Sequence record: OQ363659.1
Direction: 5' to 3' (one strand)
DNA: 64,000 nucleotides
In this document: one piece after another, positions 37,419 to 48,344 of the stretch
Layout of the letters: every line of letters begins with the position of its first letter
Numbering within the stretch: the first letter of the stretch is position 1
The notes under the pieces: generated by a model
What the model was told of the DNA's origin: nothing
Databases searched by the model: none
Seen by the model: the letters and a program-made list of their open reading frames with translations, nothing else
Position numbers and translations under genes: made by a program

Positions 37419-38747
37419 TTAGAATTGAGACCAGCCACCGGCTGTACGTTGGAACGTCCAGACGTTGCGTTGTTGTGTGTCGTATGGTGCCAAGTGATAC
37501 TGTGCCAAGGCCAGGGAACCTACAGGCCATGTTGTGGCATCAGCAAACACCGTGTTCAGAATGTTAAGTGCCTGAGCTACTGTCGAGACTGCACCGATAT
37601 AAGCAATACGTCCACGAGAGTCATTGAGTGGTTTGAGGAAATCTTTCCAATACGACCACATTGAGTTGCCCGTCAATACGTAGTCAGGAACAGTGCCACC
37701 CGCACTACCGTAACCCGTACCAAGTTGCGTGTAAGGGAATCGACCAGACACCACGTTTTGGATAGGGATATTTGTCCGACACTGGTTGGAATATGCAGCT
37801 TGGCCAATGCCGCCGAAAAGACTCGAGTTCGTAGACGGTTCATTCCAACGCAACTTCAATGCCAAGGCACTGTTAACATACGTCTTAGTATAGACGTTTG
37901 CCATATCAGCCGTAACCCCGTGAGGGTTATTGAAGTTGATGATGTGTGCATTGAGAGCTGGGATCAAACCACCAGCCAAAATCTGGTAAACCCCACCGAT
38001 TGGGAAGTAAGTATTGTTGTTGTTCGGGTCAGCAATTGCAAGTACGCCGGAGAAGCCCCAGTTGTTGAGTTTCTCACGTTGAACTTGCAAGGTCGTTACA
38101 CGATGAGGGTTATTGAAGTCACGCAAGTGTGCGTTCACTGCTGCTTGATACTTATCGATTTCAGCCTTAGCCGTGGCTAAGTATTCATCAGCATAAGTTT
38201 CGTTCTCGTTCATTACCGCAGAGTTACCTTTCTCCCATGCAGCTGCAATACGGTCAATCTCTTTAACTGTTGTTTCCAGTCCATAGAGCTGCCAGTATTT
38301 GTGCAGGTGGTCTTTCGGTTTATAAGCTGTTGGCTTCCCGATGATATCGCCCCAAACAAATGGAAAGTTCGTTTCATCGATAGCATTCAACAGCTCACGC
38401 AATTCATCTGCCGAAATAGAGAATGGTCCACCGAGAGCTTGGTACTCTACCGTCACTGGCGACTTAACATTGGGGTTGGTTACAACAACAAACCCCATGA
38501 CTTCTTTACCAGTCAGAGTAGAAACATCATCGTAGTGATAAACCGTTTTATAGTCGATGCCTGGTTTCAACGCAGCAGTAGTGGCATCGCGGATAACCAT
38601 CGAAGCCGAGTAGAATGCACCGAACTTACAAACGAATGCACGGTTGGTTTTACCCGCAACCGTAATGAGGTTGTGTACCTCATCGCGCCGTCTGTTTGAC
38701 AACGCCTTACCCGTAAGGTCATACGGGACAAATGTTAAGTCCACCAT
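37419..38747 (-). CDS. Tail fibre/baseplate paralog (phiKZ gp131-135 family)
   Basis: YDLTG..N N-domain, WGDIIGKP, H..DFNNPH.VT repeats. Confidence 0.8.
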   Translation of the reverse strand: MVDLTFVPYDLTGKALSNRRRDEVHNLITVAGKTNRAFVCKFGAFYSASMVIRDATTAALKPGIDYKTVYHYDDVSTLTGKEVMGFVVVTNPNVKSPVTVEYQALGGPFSISADELRELLNAIDETNFPFVWGDIIGKPTAYKPKDHLHKYWQLYGLETTVKEIDRIAAAWEKGNSAVMNENETYADEYLATAKAEIDKYQAAVNAHLRDFNNPHRVTTLQVQREKLNNWGFSGVLAIADPNNNNTYFPIGGVYQILAGGLIPALNAHIINFNNPHGVTADMANVYTKTYVNSALALKLRWNEPSTNSSLFGGIGQAAYSNQCRTNIPIQNVVSGRFPYTQLGTGYGSAGGTVPDYVLTGNSMWSYWKDFLKPLNDSRGRIAYIGAVSTVAQALNILNTVFADATTWPVGSLALAQYHLAPYDTQQRNVWTFQRTAGGWSQF

Positions 38748-40138
38748 TATGCTGGTCCTGTAGTGTTAACGAATACACCTGCTGCGTTCTTGACACACAT
38801 ACCGATGTTCTGAGTGGTTGTTGCAACGTCACCACCGTTACCCGTAGCAATGTATCGAGTAATAGGCATCCGCATGATTGCGATTGTACCCGGAGGATAG
38901 ACCGTGTTGTCAGCCAGCAGCGAGTTAGCCAAAGCAACCTTACCTGCATCAGACGATGTCGTATAGCCGAACAAAGGAACGACCTTAGTGGGCACTACTT
39001 CATGCTTCTTAAACTGATCTTGGATTGGATACCAGTTCAAGTCAGGAGCGAGGTAATACTGACGACCAGGCCAGCCTTCCGTACGAGTAAATCGACCTAC
39101 ACCTAGGCGACCAGATGCATTGCTCAGGTTACCTACGTCATTGTTAACCCGCATTGCATTGTACCACTCGGTTGGTGTATAACCATAGATCCGGTTGGAT
39201 TGTAATGTCGTGGAATTCAATGGGACGTAACTTGGTACCAATGCATTGTATTCGGCGATAGTGTACGTGCTTAGTTGCGCAGCCGTAACCCGATGTGGGT
39301 TATTACGGGCTTGCACGTGTTCATTCAACTTGGATGTGAAGTTTACACTGATCGCAACAGACAGACTGTAAGGTGTAGCATATCGGTTAAGAATTGCTCC
39401 ACTTGGGTTGGATGCTTCTGCCTGAGTGGCTTTAGGCTCATTCTGTACGAGTGCTAACGATGGTACCAGGTTACCTTTAGTTTCCCGGTGTGGGTTAGTT
39501 GTCTTATCGTTAATGTGTGCCGTGAGCTGTGCGTCAACTTCATCTAACAACTTTTCCATCGCCGTCATGTCTTGGTTGAACTTAGCCATCAGTGCATCAA
39601 AGTCTTTCTGCACGGATGCTTCAAACCCACGAGTCATTCGCTGGAGTTGTAGAACTTGCGGAGTAAAGCCGAACAGTTCCCACAATGCATGCAAGTGTCC
39701 ATTAGGGGTGAAGTCATCTGGTTTACCAGTGATGTTATTCCAATGGATTTTACGAGTAGAGTTCTGAAGACCTTTTGCTGCTTCGATAATTGACTTACCT
39801 ACAGAGCAATAAGGACCACCCACCATTTGCGCATCTACTTCAATAACGTAGCCAACTTTAGGGTTGGTAATGACGATAACAGAACAAACAGTCTTAGCTG
39901 TTTTATCTACAGCATCAGACAAGAAGCCAATGCATTGATAATCAATGCCTTCTTTCAGTTCTTTACCATTACCATCGATGATGTACATGGTATCAGTAAA
40001 GAAGTAGCCATTGCGTAGGACCGCGATTCGAAATGGCAAATCAGATTGATCTGTCAAATCGTGGCGTTCACCTTTAGTTCTGTTATCTAGGGACTCACCA
40101 CTCCAGTCGAGTGGTAGTGCATGAAGAATTGGATTCAT
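38747..40138 (-). CDS. Tail fibre/baseplate paralog
   Basis: LDWSGESLDN N-domain, WNNITGKP, NPH repeats. Confidence 0.8.
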   Translation of the reverse strand: MNPILHALPLDWSGESLDNRTKGERHDLTDQSDLPFRIAVLRNGYFFTDTMYIIDGNGKELKEGIDYQCIGFLSDAVDKTAKTVCSVIVITNPKVGYVIEVDAQMVGGPYCSVGKSIIEAAKGLQNSTRKIHWNNITGKPDDFTPNGHLHALWELFGFTPQVLQLQRMTRGFEASVQKDFDALMAKFNQDMTAMEKLLDEVDAQLTAHINDKTTNPHRETKGNLVPSLALVQNEPKATQAEASNPSGAILNRYATPYSLSVAISVNFTSKLNEHVQARNNPHRVTAAQLSTYTIAEYNALVPSYVPLNSTTLQSNRIYGYTPTEWYNAMRVNNDVGNLSNASGRLGVGRFTRTEGWPGRQYYLAPDLNWYPIQDQFKKHEVVPTKVVPLFGYTTSSDAGKVALANSLLADNTVYPPGTIAIMRMPITRYIATGNGGDVATTTQNIGMCVKNAAGVFVNTTGPA

Positions 40139-40145
40139 AGATCAC

Positions 40146-41501
40146 CTAGACTTGTTGCCATCCGGCATTGGTTCGTGCAGCTGCATATTGCAGGTTATAG
40201 CCGTAGTAGTCTGCACCGTTACCTTGACCTTGATAGAGACGAGTGTAGACGGTGAAGAATGCGACAGTCCCGATGGGTGCTGCTGTAAGGCTACTGTAGA
40301 CCGTATTGAGCACGTTCATAGCCACAGCTACAGAAGACTGTGCCGAAAGCTGAATGAGCTTATAGTTCTCTTGCGTGCCGTATTCGGGGATCAACTGACT
40401 GATGTCTGTCCAACTACCATCCCCCCGTAGAATCCGAGTACCTGTTGGCGTACCATAAGTCAGTTGCAGTGGCGACAACATACCCGAAGGGAATGCTGAT
40501 GCATCCAGATTCGCTCTGACATTATCACGGTATTCATCAACACCCATCCAACGACCAGCCCAGAATACCGCATTGGTATTATTCACTGTATCGGAGCGAT
40601 TGTGTAATGCCGCCAGGTTAGCTGTCATCTGCTGTTTAGAATGAGCATTGACTTGACCAGGTAATGTAACGTGTGGGTCAGCAGGTCTCAGGTTAACGTG
40701 GTTATTCAGTGCGGTTGTAGGTCCACGATTGATCACATAGTGCACCAGGTTAGGTGTCAAGTAATGGTCGTCTGATGTCCCCGTTTCAGCACCAGCCTGT
40801 GTTGCTACGGGATAGTTATTCACCGTACCCAGTCCAACTTGCTCTGGTGTTACCGCGTGTGGGTCGTTACGATCATCAATGTGATTCTGTAGGCGTGTGT
40901 TGAATCGCGCCATGAATTGATCATAACGGGATTTCACCGCAGTACGGTAATTACCTTCAGCATTCAATGCACCAATTGTAATTGCACGAGAGATCTTTTC
41001 AAGTTCATTGTTGAGTGGTTGGTATTTATCCAAACCCCAACGTTCCTGTGCCAGTTCACCTGGTCCCCAAATGGGTTCGGTGCCGTCATAGTCGTTAGTG
41101 GCAGGAACATATCCCGCTGGTTTAGATTTGAAGAATGTGATGTAGTCATTAACTACAGTAAAGCTGAATGCTAAGTCACCGCCAACCATCTGTGCCTGAA
41201 GGTATACTTTACCTTGCAGTTGTTGATTCAGGAAAACGATGGCGCTTGCAATATCACGACCTGTCCGCTCGGATAGGTTTTTATGCCGATAAGTCCAGAT
41301 GAAATCTGTACCGGCTTTAAGGCGGTTGTAGTTCTCATCAAATACCTTAAGAGATTTGGTATAGAACCCACCATGTTCCATTGCGATGATTCGATAAGGG
41401 AAGCCCGAGATCGAGACAAGTAAGTGCTCTTCAGCACCCACCAAGTTATTTGGGCTAGTGCCCGAAAGATCTAGTGGGAGTTGGACGATTGTATTCGCCA
41501 T
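40146..41501 (-). CDS. Tail fibre/baseplate paralog
   Basis: LDLSGTSPNN N-domain, DPHAVTPEQVGLG repeats. Confidence 0.8.
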   Translation of the reverse strand: MANTIVQLPLDLSGTSPNNLVGAEEHLLVSISGFPYRIIAMEHGGFYTKSLKVFDENYNRLKAGTDFIWTYRHKNLSERTGRDIASAIVFLNQQLQGKVYLQAQMVGGDLAFSFTVVNDYITFFKSKPAGYVPATNDYDGTEPIWGPGELAQERWGLDKYQPLNNELEKISRAITIGALNAEGNYRTAVKSRYDQFMARFNTRLQNHIDDRNDPHAVTPEQVGLGTVNNYPVATQAGAETGTSDDHYLTPNLVHYVINRGPTTALNNHVNLRPADPHVTLPGQVNAHSKQQMTANLAALHNRSDTVNNTNAVFWAGRWMGVDEYRDNVRANLDASAFPSGMLSPLQLTYGTPTGTRILRGDGSWTDISQLIPEYGTQENYKLIQLSAQSSVAVAMNVLNTVYSSLTAAPIGTVAFFTVYTRLYQGQGNGADYYGYNLQYAAARTNAGWQQV

Positions 41502-41528
41502 GATTGCTCCAATTGTAAACAGCAGAAA

Positions 41529-41549
41529 GAGACACGTAAACCGTGTCTC
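41529..41549 (-). terminator. Intra-operon terminator
   Basis: GAGACACG-GTTTA-CGTGTCTC then TTTCTG. Confidence 0.65.
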
Positions 41550-41558
41550 GATCTAGGG

Positions 41559-41876
41559 TTAAGGTAGACGTGCAGCAGCATCCCTGAACGCTTCACCGAT
41601 AGGACCGTAGACATTCTCTTCGGCCCAGTCAGTGGTTCGTTTAGGAGTCATCACTGTGGTGTTGTTCACCCCAGTAACGGCTTGGTTTTTGGTTGCTGGT
41701 GCGTAATTAGGAACTCGGTCCAAACCTAAGTCAGCAGCTTCCAAGCCATGTACGTTACCCTTTTCCAGAATATGCTCATTGGTGCGGCTGAAGATTGTGT
41801 TCAACTTCACCATTGTAGCTGCACCAAGCTGGCGTGTAGTCGCCAGCAGTTGTTGCAAGAAGATTTGGTTGATCAT
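41559..41876 (-). CDS. Small fibre-repeat protein
   Basis: TAATG coupling at 41876; GNVHGLEAADLGLDRVPNYAPAT repeat. Confidence 0.75.
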   Translation of the reverse strand: MINQIFLQQLLATTRQLGAATMVKLNTIFSRTNEHILEKGNVHGLEAADLGLDRVPNYAPATKNQAVTGVNNTTVMTPKRTTDWAEENVYGPIGEAFRDAAARLP

Positions 41877-44197
41877 TACTTGTACCACACTTTGGTAGAG
41901 TCAGTCGGATCGATAATTGTTCCACGACGGGAGAACAACATCGAGTTATCTGGTGAGTCACCGAAGAATTGTGTCTGATTCACAGCATTAACGGTAACGG
42001 TATAGTTGTACCCAGCAGCAATAGCGATCAAACCAACTTGGTTAGTTTGGATATCGCATTGGCCTTGTGAGTTATCCCCATAGAACCATGGATTACCTTT
42101 GTTGGTAATCATGGCGGCATGTCCGTAAGCACCGGCAATTTGCGAGATGCCTTCACCGTTAGTAGTGTTGTTTGTCAGCTCCGCCGAACGGATCGAAATC
42201 GAACGTCCATTACCATCGTTGAGTTGCAATGTATTCTGCAATGCCACAGTCAACGCAGCTGGGTTAGCTCGGTTAATCAATGCACAGAACAAACCTTTAG
42301 TGGCCGTTAGCATCCAGATATGATCATTAGTGATACGGATATCTGTGATCTCATCGGTCGCTTTTACAGTATTCAATGCAGAGGTCATTGACGTAACGAA
42401 CGTAGCGTCACCCAGAACTGTAAAGTCTTGAGTTACGACTTGAGCTGCCTCAGATGCACCTGTGGTAACCTCGATCTCAGCAATTGCAATCGACTGAGTA
42501 TACGCGAATTGATTCGACGTATAGAGGGTCACTGGAACGCGACCTGTGCCACCAGGAGTCCACTTGGTAGACGGAATTACTTGGACGTTGGTGTTGTCCG
42601 CTTTGAATCGACGGATAGGTCCGCCGTCTTTCAACTGTGCGTACAATTCAGTCTTAGTTGCCCACAAGCCATCAACAGCGTTAGCCGTGTTGAAAGAAGC
42701 ATCGTCTTTAAAGCCTACTGGCGGAGCAATAGCTGCGCTACCGGAGAAAACGATACTGCCACGTGCAGTCACGTAGTAACGGGCATTCTGAACGTTAGCC
42801 CATTTGTCCTGACCATTGACGATGTACTCAGGATAAGCTGGTGTACCCTGCGACGGACGCATTTGGATAGCCGAGTCCGCTACCATTCGAACATCCCAAC
42901 GATTGTTGTTAACCGCATAGGCATCGAATGCAGCGGTTACCCCAGTTACCAAAGAGGCAGCGATTTCCTGTTCCTGCTCAGGAGTAATTGGAGGTTCTTC
43001 ACTGACGCTTTGGACACTTTGAACTGCATCGTTCAATGCACCTTGCAACTGGGTAGCACCAATGAAGGTGTCGAACTCAGTTACTGAGATGAATTCAGCC
43101 GCCCATTCAGCAGGAGACTTACCACCAAACGTTGAAGCGTCGCCACCACCACCTGTTGCTTGTGCGATCAACTGATCGATACGCGCTTTGGTGTAAGTAC
43201 CGACTTGTTCTGCCGTCACTTTGTGCGGGTTAGACGTAGTGTCATTGATGTGCGCATTAATCGCATTTTCGAGTTCATCGATACGTGCGGTATTCGCCAA
43301 CTTCTGGACCATCAACGCAACGCTGTACGGAGTCGACAATGTAGAGTTGTTGGTAATGTCAATGGCTTGAGTAGCGTTTGCCGCTGGGTAGTTAGGAACG
43401 TTACCCAGGTTGATATCAGCCGCAGTCAGTCCGTGAACGTTACCAGTCGCATTGATGTGCGCGTTCATTGGGTTGATGGCTTTTGCAGTAATAGCCGCCA
43501 ACATAGATGCAGGGCTGATATAACGATCGCTCAACAGACCAGCGATGGCTTCAGCGTTAGTGGCCATCGCATAGTTCATTACCAGTGCCAGACCAACCTG
43601 TGCTTTGGTAACTTTGTGCGGGTTGTTAAAGTCTTTCAAGTGCTGGTCACTAGCGCCAGCAGCAGAAGCTTCAATGATATCAGCCAGACGATCGAGTGCT
43701 TCCAGAATCTGAGCTGAACCTACGAGAGAGTCAACAGACTGATCGTGTTCCAATACAGGGAACGAGTACGGTAGTTCACCGATCATACCCCAGCTACGAA
43801 CCAGCGGGTTCAGCAACTTACGGTTAAGTTCCGCAAGAATCTGTGTTTCAGAGAAGCCCCAGTTACCACCAATCGTCCGATACTTCAGACGCACTTGACC
43901 AGTGATGGTACGCTTCATGAAACGGATCGAACCAGCAATCGGACGACCGATCGAGTCCATGGCTTCAACGAACCAGTGACCTACGAGATAGTCTTCGTTC
44001 TCTTTATAGAGAGCACCTGTTTGATGGTTGCGTACCTCCAGAGAGTCTACAAAGAACGGTGCGGCTTGTGGGATGATAAAGTAATAATCATCTTTGCCGG
44101 GGACCTGTAGCGTCTGGATTTCATTTGGGATGAGGTTCAACGGGTTGTTACCGTTTAAGTCCTCGGGATAAAGACCAGTAGTACTAAGGGTGGCCAT
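41876..44197 (-). CDS. Large tail fibre/tip protein (phiKZ gp131-like)
   Basis: ATG 44197 with GGAGG RBS; EDLNGNNPLN N-domain, three NPH/VHG repeats, RCC1-like/propeller C-terminal repeats. Confidence 0.8.
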   Translation of the reverse strand: MATLSTTGLYPEDLNGNNPLNLIPNEIQTLQVPGKDDYYFIIPQAAPFFVDSLEVRNHQTGALYKENEDYLVGHWFVEAMDSIGRPIAGSIRFMKRTITGQVRLKYRTIGGNWGFSETQILAELNRKLLNPLVRSWGMIGELPYSFPVLEHDQSVDSLVGSAQILEALDRLADIIEASAAGASDQHLKDFNNPHKVTKAQVGLALVMNYAMATNAEAIAGLLSDRYISPASMLAAITAKAINPMNAHINATGNVHGLTAADINLGNVPNYPAANATQAIDITNNSTLSTPYSVALMVQKLANTARIDELENAINAHINDTTSNPHKVTAEQVGTYTKARIDQLIAQATGGGGDASTFGGKSPAEWAAEFISVTEFDTFIGATQLQGALNDAVQSVQSVSEEPPITPEQEQEIAASLVTGVTAAFDAYAVNNNRWDVRMVADSAIQMRPSQGTPAYPEYIVNGQDKWANVQNARYYVTARGSIVFSGSAAIAPPVGFKDDASFNTANAVDGLWATKTELYAQLKDGGPIRRFKADNTNVQVIPSTKWTPGGTGRVPVTLYTSNQFAYTQSIAIAEIEVTTGASEAAQVVTQDFTVLGDATFVTSMTSALNTVKATDEITDIRITNDHIWMLTATKGLFCALINRANPAALTVALQNTLQLNDGNGRSISIRSAELTNNTTNGEGISQIAGAYGHAAMITNKGNPWFYGDNSQGQCDIQTNQVGLIAIAAGYNYTVTVNAVNQTQFFGDSPDNSMLFSRRGTIIDPTDSTKVWYK

Positions 44198-44307
44198 TGT
44201 GCCCTCCTGCATAGCGCTGGTGCGCAGTTGTTATCTTAATGATGTGTATAGCACACCAGTGTTTTTAAATTCACATAGGATTATCCAATCCCCACGGAGG
44301 TTCCATA

Positions 44308-45558
44308 ATGTACACTCTAGTACGTTCTCGCTATCGTGCCGATAGACGTAGTGGCCGATGGCAAGAAGCTGACCTCAGCAATGAAATCGTAACTACGTTG
44401 TCAACTAAATTTGGCGATGTCTATCTGTACATCTCTTACGGTGGTGCAGGGTCGGTACAAACCAAGGCATTGCGGTTCGACAATGTAACTACTTGGATGA
44501 ATAACGTTTCTCCAACAGCCACTGTCCAACAATGGTTGACATCTATTGGTAACCAGACTTTACCATTCGATGCTAAGCTCCCCAATGAAACTGAACAACT
44601 GGTTCGTTATGCTCAGGCATGGCACGCTGGTTACATCCTTCAACCAAAAGGTCGAGATCTACACGTTAATTCTACAGCTTCTAAGTTTGTTAAAGAAGAT
44701 CTGTTGATGACACACCCAACACATTCTTATGCTGATTACGATAAGTACTGTCTGACTACGGTGAATGGATATTTCCATATCTCTGATTTCACTGCGGATG
44801 GCATTCGTATTTGGGATGGTAACAAATCTGTACGTCGAGCGAATAACAATCAGATCGGAATCTATTCATTCGAAACGATTGGTGCTATTAAGAAAGTACC
44901 TATCACGGCTGCAATGGTTAAGCCTCAACGTGAAGGTGCACCGCTGAATGATGCTGCTTACATTACCATGCCGAGTAACATCGATATCAAGAACAAAACT
45001 GTTCTGTTAGTAGTTGGTGGTTATCTGAACGTGCTGAGCAAAGTCTATAAGCCGGTAGGTGATCGGACGTGGCGTATTGAAGTTGGTGGTTCGATGTTCT
45101 TGGATCGGTATATCCAATCCGTGAAGGAACTCGATCTGGATGCATTGGGCCTAACGATTGATCCAAAGAACCCAACCTTGATGTCTCTGGAACAAATGCG
45201 TTCTGATGACACTGTGATGAAATATCTCACTATGTCTCAGTCGTTCTTTGTAATCGTAGATACTCCATCGTTCTTCCAGGATTATGAACCCGTCGAATGG
45301 TTGCGCCTCCCAGGTCGATTCATCGATCCTAAAGGTGACAATCTACCAATGGTTGGCGCTTATGGACGAATGCTGGATTACCACACAATCCATGAAGTAG
45401 ATACTTACGTATACGCTGGCTCTAACAACCTGCGCTACGACTACGATGCAAACCATCGTAAGAACTGGACAGCTAAAGCTATCGTTGATGGTGGCCGTTA
45501 TCCAGCCCATCCGTTCAAACACGATGAAGCATTCTTCCGTATCCTCGGTACAAACTGA
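44308..45558 (+). CDS. Virion structural protein (phiKZ gp130-like)
   Basis: 416 aa, GGAGG RBS; synteny next to the portal. Confidence 0.7.
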   Translation: MYTLVRSRYRADRRSGRWQEADLSNEIVTTLSTKFGDVYLYISYGGAGSVQTKALRFDNVTTWMNNVSPTATVQQWLTSIGNQTLPFDAKLPNETEQLVRYAQAWHAGYILQPKGRDLHVNSTASKFVKEDLLMTHPTHSYADYDKYCLTTVNGYFHISDFTADGIRIWDGNKSVRRANNNQIGIYSFETIGAIKKVPITAAMVKPQREGAPLNDAAYITMPSNIDIKNKTVLLVVGGYLNVLSKVYKPVGDRTWRIEVGGSMFLDRYIQSVKELDLDALGLTIDPKNPTLMSLEQMRSDDTVMKYLTMSQSFFVIVDTPSFFQDYEPVEWLRLPGRFIDPKGDNLPMVGAYGRMLDYHTIHEVDTYVYAGSNNLRYDYDANHRKNWTAKAIVDGGRYPAHPFKHDEAFFRILGTN

Positions 45559-45566
45559 CGGCATAA

Positions 45567-45587
45567 AGCCTTCCCTGAGGGAAGGCT
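45567..45587. terminator. Bidirectional terminator
   Basis: AGCCTTCCC-TGA-GGGAAGGCT flanked by GGCATAA and TATGTC. Confidence 0.85.
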
Positions 45588-45596
45588 AATATGTCG

Positions 45597-48311
45597 TTAC
45601 AGAGGTTGCTCTTCTTCGTCATCGGTTTCTTCATCAGCTGCTGCTGCACCCGCTGGGTCATCCAGTCCGGTTGTATCGGCTGCTGAGTCTTCATCCAATG
45701 CTGGTTCACTATCCATGCCGAGGTCATCCCCGCCACCCATGTCACCACCAAAGCTATCGTCACCACCCATACCGTCATCTGCGCCGAAGCCGTCATCGCC
45801 TCCGCCCATTCCATCGTCACCACCGGCGCCATCACCAAAGGAGTCACCCCCTCCACCGAAATCACCGCCGCCGCCACCCGATTCTTCGATGAGTTTACGG
45901 AACTCACGAGCGAACTCAGATTTGGTTTTGGTTTCGTGTTCAATGAACTCCATGAATGCACGACCCATTGTGGATTGAGCAGTAGCCATGTAGTCAAGCA
46001 ACGAGAACGCTGGTTTGTCACCATCCATTTCCAACAGCACACCCAGTTCAGGCATGACGTTGTTGTTAGACAGCCACTGACGTTTGAAGTAAGCTTTAAC
46101 GTGGTTAAGGATCTTATCAGCAACACCAGACATACCCAGAACTTCATCAGGGAACAGATCAGGTGTGATGTAAGCTTCCAGTGCAGTATCCAACAGATCC
46201 GAGTAAGCACGGTACGATTCGGATTGACGTTCGTGTTGGGTGTTGTCAGGAGCCGGGAGGGCTACTTCCAATGCGCCAATGAAATCGTCAATGATATCAT
46301 CGATTGGTTGCTCTACTTGTTCAGGCGACAACATCTTACGGTTCTTGATGATAGCCTTGGCCATCTTCTGACGCAGTACCGAAGAGTGGTGCGTGTAAGT
46401 ACGGATGAACTTCTGAAGGAACTCAGTGAATGCTTTCTGATAAGCACGAACACGACGAGAGAACACGAGGTCGTTCTGAGTTGCAGTTGTTGCGAAGTCT
46501 GGAGAAGACATCGGGTCAACTTTCTCAGGGTGGACACCCATACCCGAGATGTGCATGCGACGCAGACGGTCTTGTAGTTCTGGGTTACCAGCCTGTTGGT
46601 TGGTATTGTAATCGTCGTACTCTACTTTGGTCTCAGCATAGTCAGCACCGTTAACGTTAATGGCAAAGTCGAAGCCAGAACGAATCAGGTGGTCCATTGC
46701 TTGAGTCGGATCGGGAGCAGCCAACGGGAATGCCCGGTGAGCTTGTTCCATGATACCCGACTGAATGTTCGAGATGGTTTGTTCAGCATCAGGATCATCA
46801 GGGTCGAGTGTAATGTTGACTTTCTTACGACCTACAGCGTTACGCATACCACCAACGGTATCAGCCATCAGCAGAGTCGAACGCATGGTAGCGATCATCT
46901 TCGAACGAGCCAGCAGCGATTCGCCGACGCCGTTAGCGTTGAAGTTGAATGCCATGTAAGTGCAGAGTTCAGCAGGAATAAACACAAGCTGTGTGCACTT
47001 CTGTTCCCAGCTACGGAACAACATGATCCGTTGGATTTCTTCAGACAGCCCGATATCCAGTTCTTGATCGTACTCACCGTTACGGAGACGGTTATGCAGA
47101 TCGTTCACGATGATCGAGTTGTAAGTCTTCTGGATCTCATCCACTTCGTAGTCTTGCTTCGAAGCATTAGCACCCATAGCCTCACGAGTCAGTCGTAGAA
47201 TCTCAGAGTTGTTGTCTTGGTTCTGTCCCCCTTTCCACGAGGCTTGGAGCTCACCATAGAAGTCACGAGTCGAGTCTTTCGATACTGGATAACCGTTCTG
47301 ATCTACCAGCAAGAAATAACCAACGTGCTCGTTAGGACGACCTTGCATGAACACAGGGATCACAGCTTCCATTGGTGGGAGCAGAGCCAGTGGGTGACCT
47401 ACAGACTTACGATCCATAAACTGTGGAGACGTTACTACCTGAGCATGCTCAGTCACACCGTTACGGTTACGCTGATACAGCTTCTCGATGTCAGCGTTAG
47501 TGAAGTTGTAGTTCTGGGTTTCTTTCTCCATCTCAGCTTCAAGCGATACGCGATGTCGGTTCAGACGATCAGCAATACGCATCTCACGAACACGACGCCC
47601 CATCACGGGAGACTTGAGGATGTTGAAGTTGTCTGTTACCAACAGGTTCTTGTCACCACCGATCATGTTGGAATTGTCGTTACCGACGTTCCAGCTCTCT
47701 AACGAGATGTTAGCATTGGTTGGGTGACCGAGGAAACCGAGTGGTTCGCCTTGAGACATTCGTTTACGGAAACCTGAGTAAGCTTCCATAGAGACTTTGC
47801 GAGTACCGTTAACCAAATGGTCCAGTACGTTTTCTGGTAAGACGATGTGGATCGATGCCCCTTTACGGAACATGATTTCGCGGAGCACCAGGTCGAGACG
47901 GTCGTTAATCTTATAGTCTCTTTTAAAGTGCTCTTCCACGGGCTCCATCAATAGACGGGCGATTTCGCTGTCAAACAGAATGGGGTCTACGGACCACGCC
48001 AGTTCTGTCTCACCCAAGTCCTTCGGGCTCAGGATGTTGCCGACCATTACGGTCTCAACAAGTTCCAAGTCTGGGTTAAGCTGCATGATCGCATCGTTGT
48101 CAGTAATGTCTTGAGACGTCTGACGTGACACGCGATCCATTGTTTGTTTGTTGATACCAACTCGTGGTTGGTTGACACTCTGTCCCTTTTCATTTACTGA
48201 CTTACGCAGTAAATTAATAACCCCGCCAAGCGGCGTTAATGGATTGATGCCTTCTTGTGTTTGTTCGAACATCGGGTAAGTCTTAGTATTACCCGTAGTC
48301 TTTCGAGCCAT
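45597..48311 (-). CDS. Portal protein (phiKZ gp129-like)
   Basis: 904 aa; VSME, ISLE, VSLE cleavage sites; GYFLLVD..G.P, LGESLL motifs; acidic Gly-rich tail; synteny. Confidence 0.8.
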   Translation of the reverse strand: MARKTTGNTKTYPMFEQTQEGINPLTPLGGVINLLRKSVNEKGQSVNQPRVGINKQTMDRVSRQTSQDITDNDAIMQLNPDLELVETVMVGNILSPKDLGETELAWSVDPILFDSEIARLLMEPVEEHFKRDYKINDRLDLVLREIMFRKGASIHIVLPENVLDHLVNGTRKVSMEAYSGFRKRMSQGEPLGFLGHPTNANISLESWNVGNDNSNMIGGDKNLLVTDNFNILKSPVMGRRVREMRIADRLNRHRVSLEAEMEKETQNYNFTNADIEKLYQRNRNGVTEHAQVVTSPQFMDRKSVGHPLALLPPMEAVIPVFMQGRPNEHVGYFLLVDQNGYPVSKDSTRDFYGELQASWKGGQNQDNNSEILRLTREAMGANASKQDYEVDEIQKTYNSIIVNDLHNRLRNGEYDQELDIGLSEEIQRIMLFRSWEQKCTQLVFIPAELCTYMAFNFNANGVGESLLARSKMIATMRSTLLMADTVGGMRNAVGRKKVNITLDPDDPDAEQTISNIQSGIMEQAHRAFPLAAPDPTQAMDHLIRSGFDFAINVNGADYAETKVEYDDYNTNQQAGNPELQDRLRRMHISGMGVHPEKVDPMSSPDFATTATQNDLVFSRRVRAYQKAFTEFLQKFIRTYTHHSSVLRQKMAKAIIKNRKMLSPEQVEQPIDDIIDDFIGALEVALPAPDNTQHERQSESYRAYSDLLDTALEAYITPDLFPDEVLGMSGVADKILNHVKAYFKRQWLSNNNVMPELGVLLEMDGDKPAFSLLDYMATAQSTMGRAFMEFIEHETKTKSEFAREFRKLIEESGGGGGDFGGGGDSFGDGAGGDDGMGGGDDGFGADDGMGGDDSFGGDMGGGDDLGMDSEPALDEDSAADTTGLDDPAGAAAADEETDDEEEQPL

Positions 48312-48344
48312 GAGAAGCTCCCATTATTCAAGTGAGTAAAAAGC

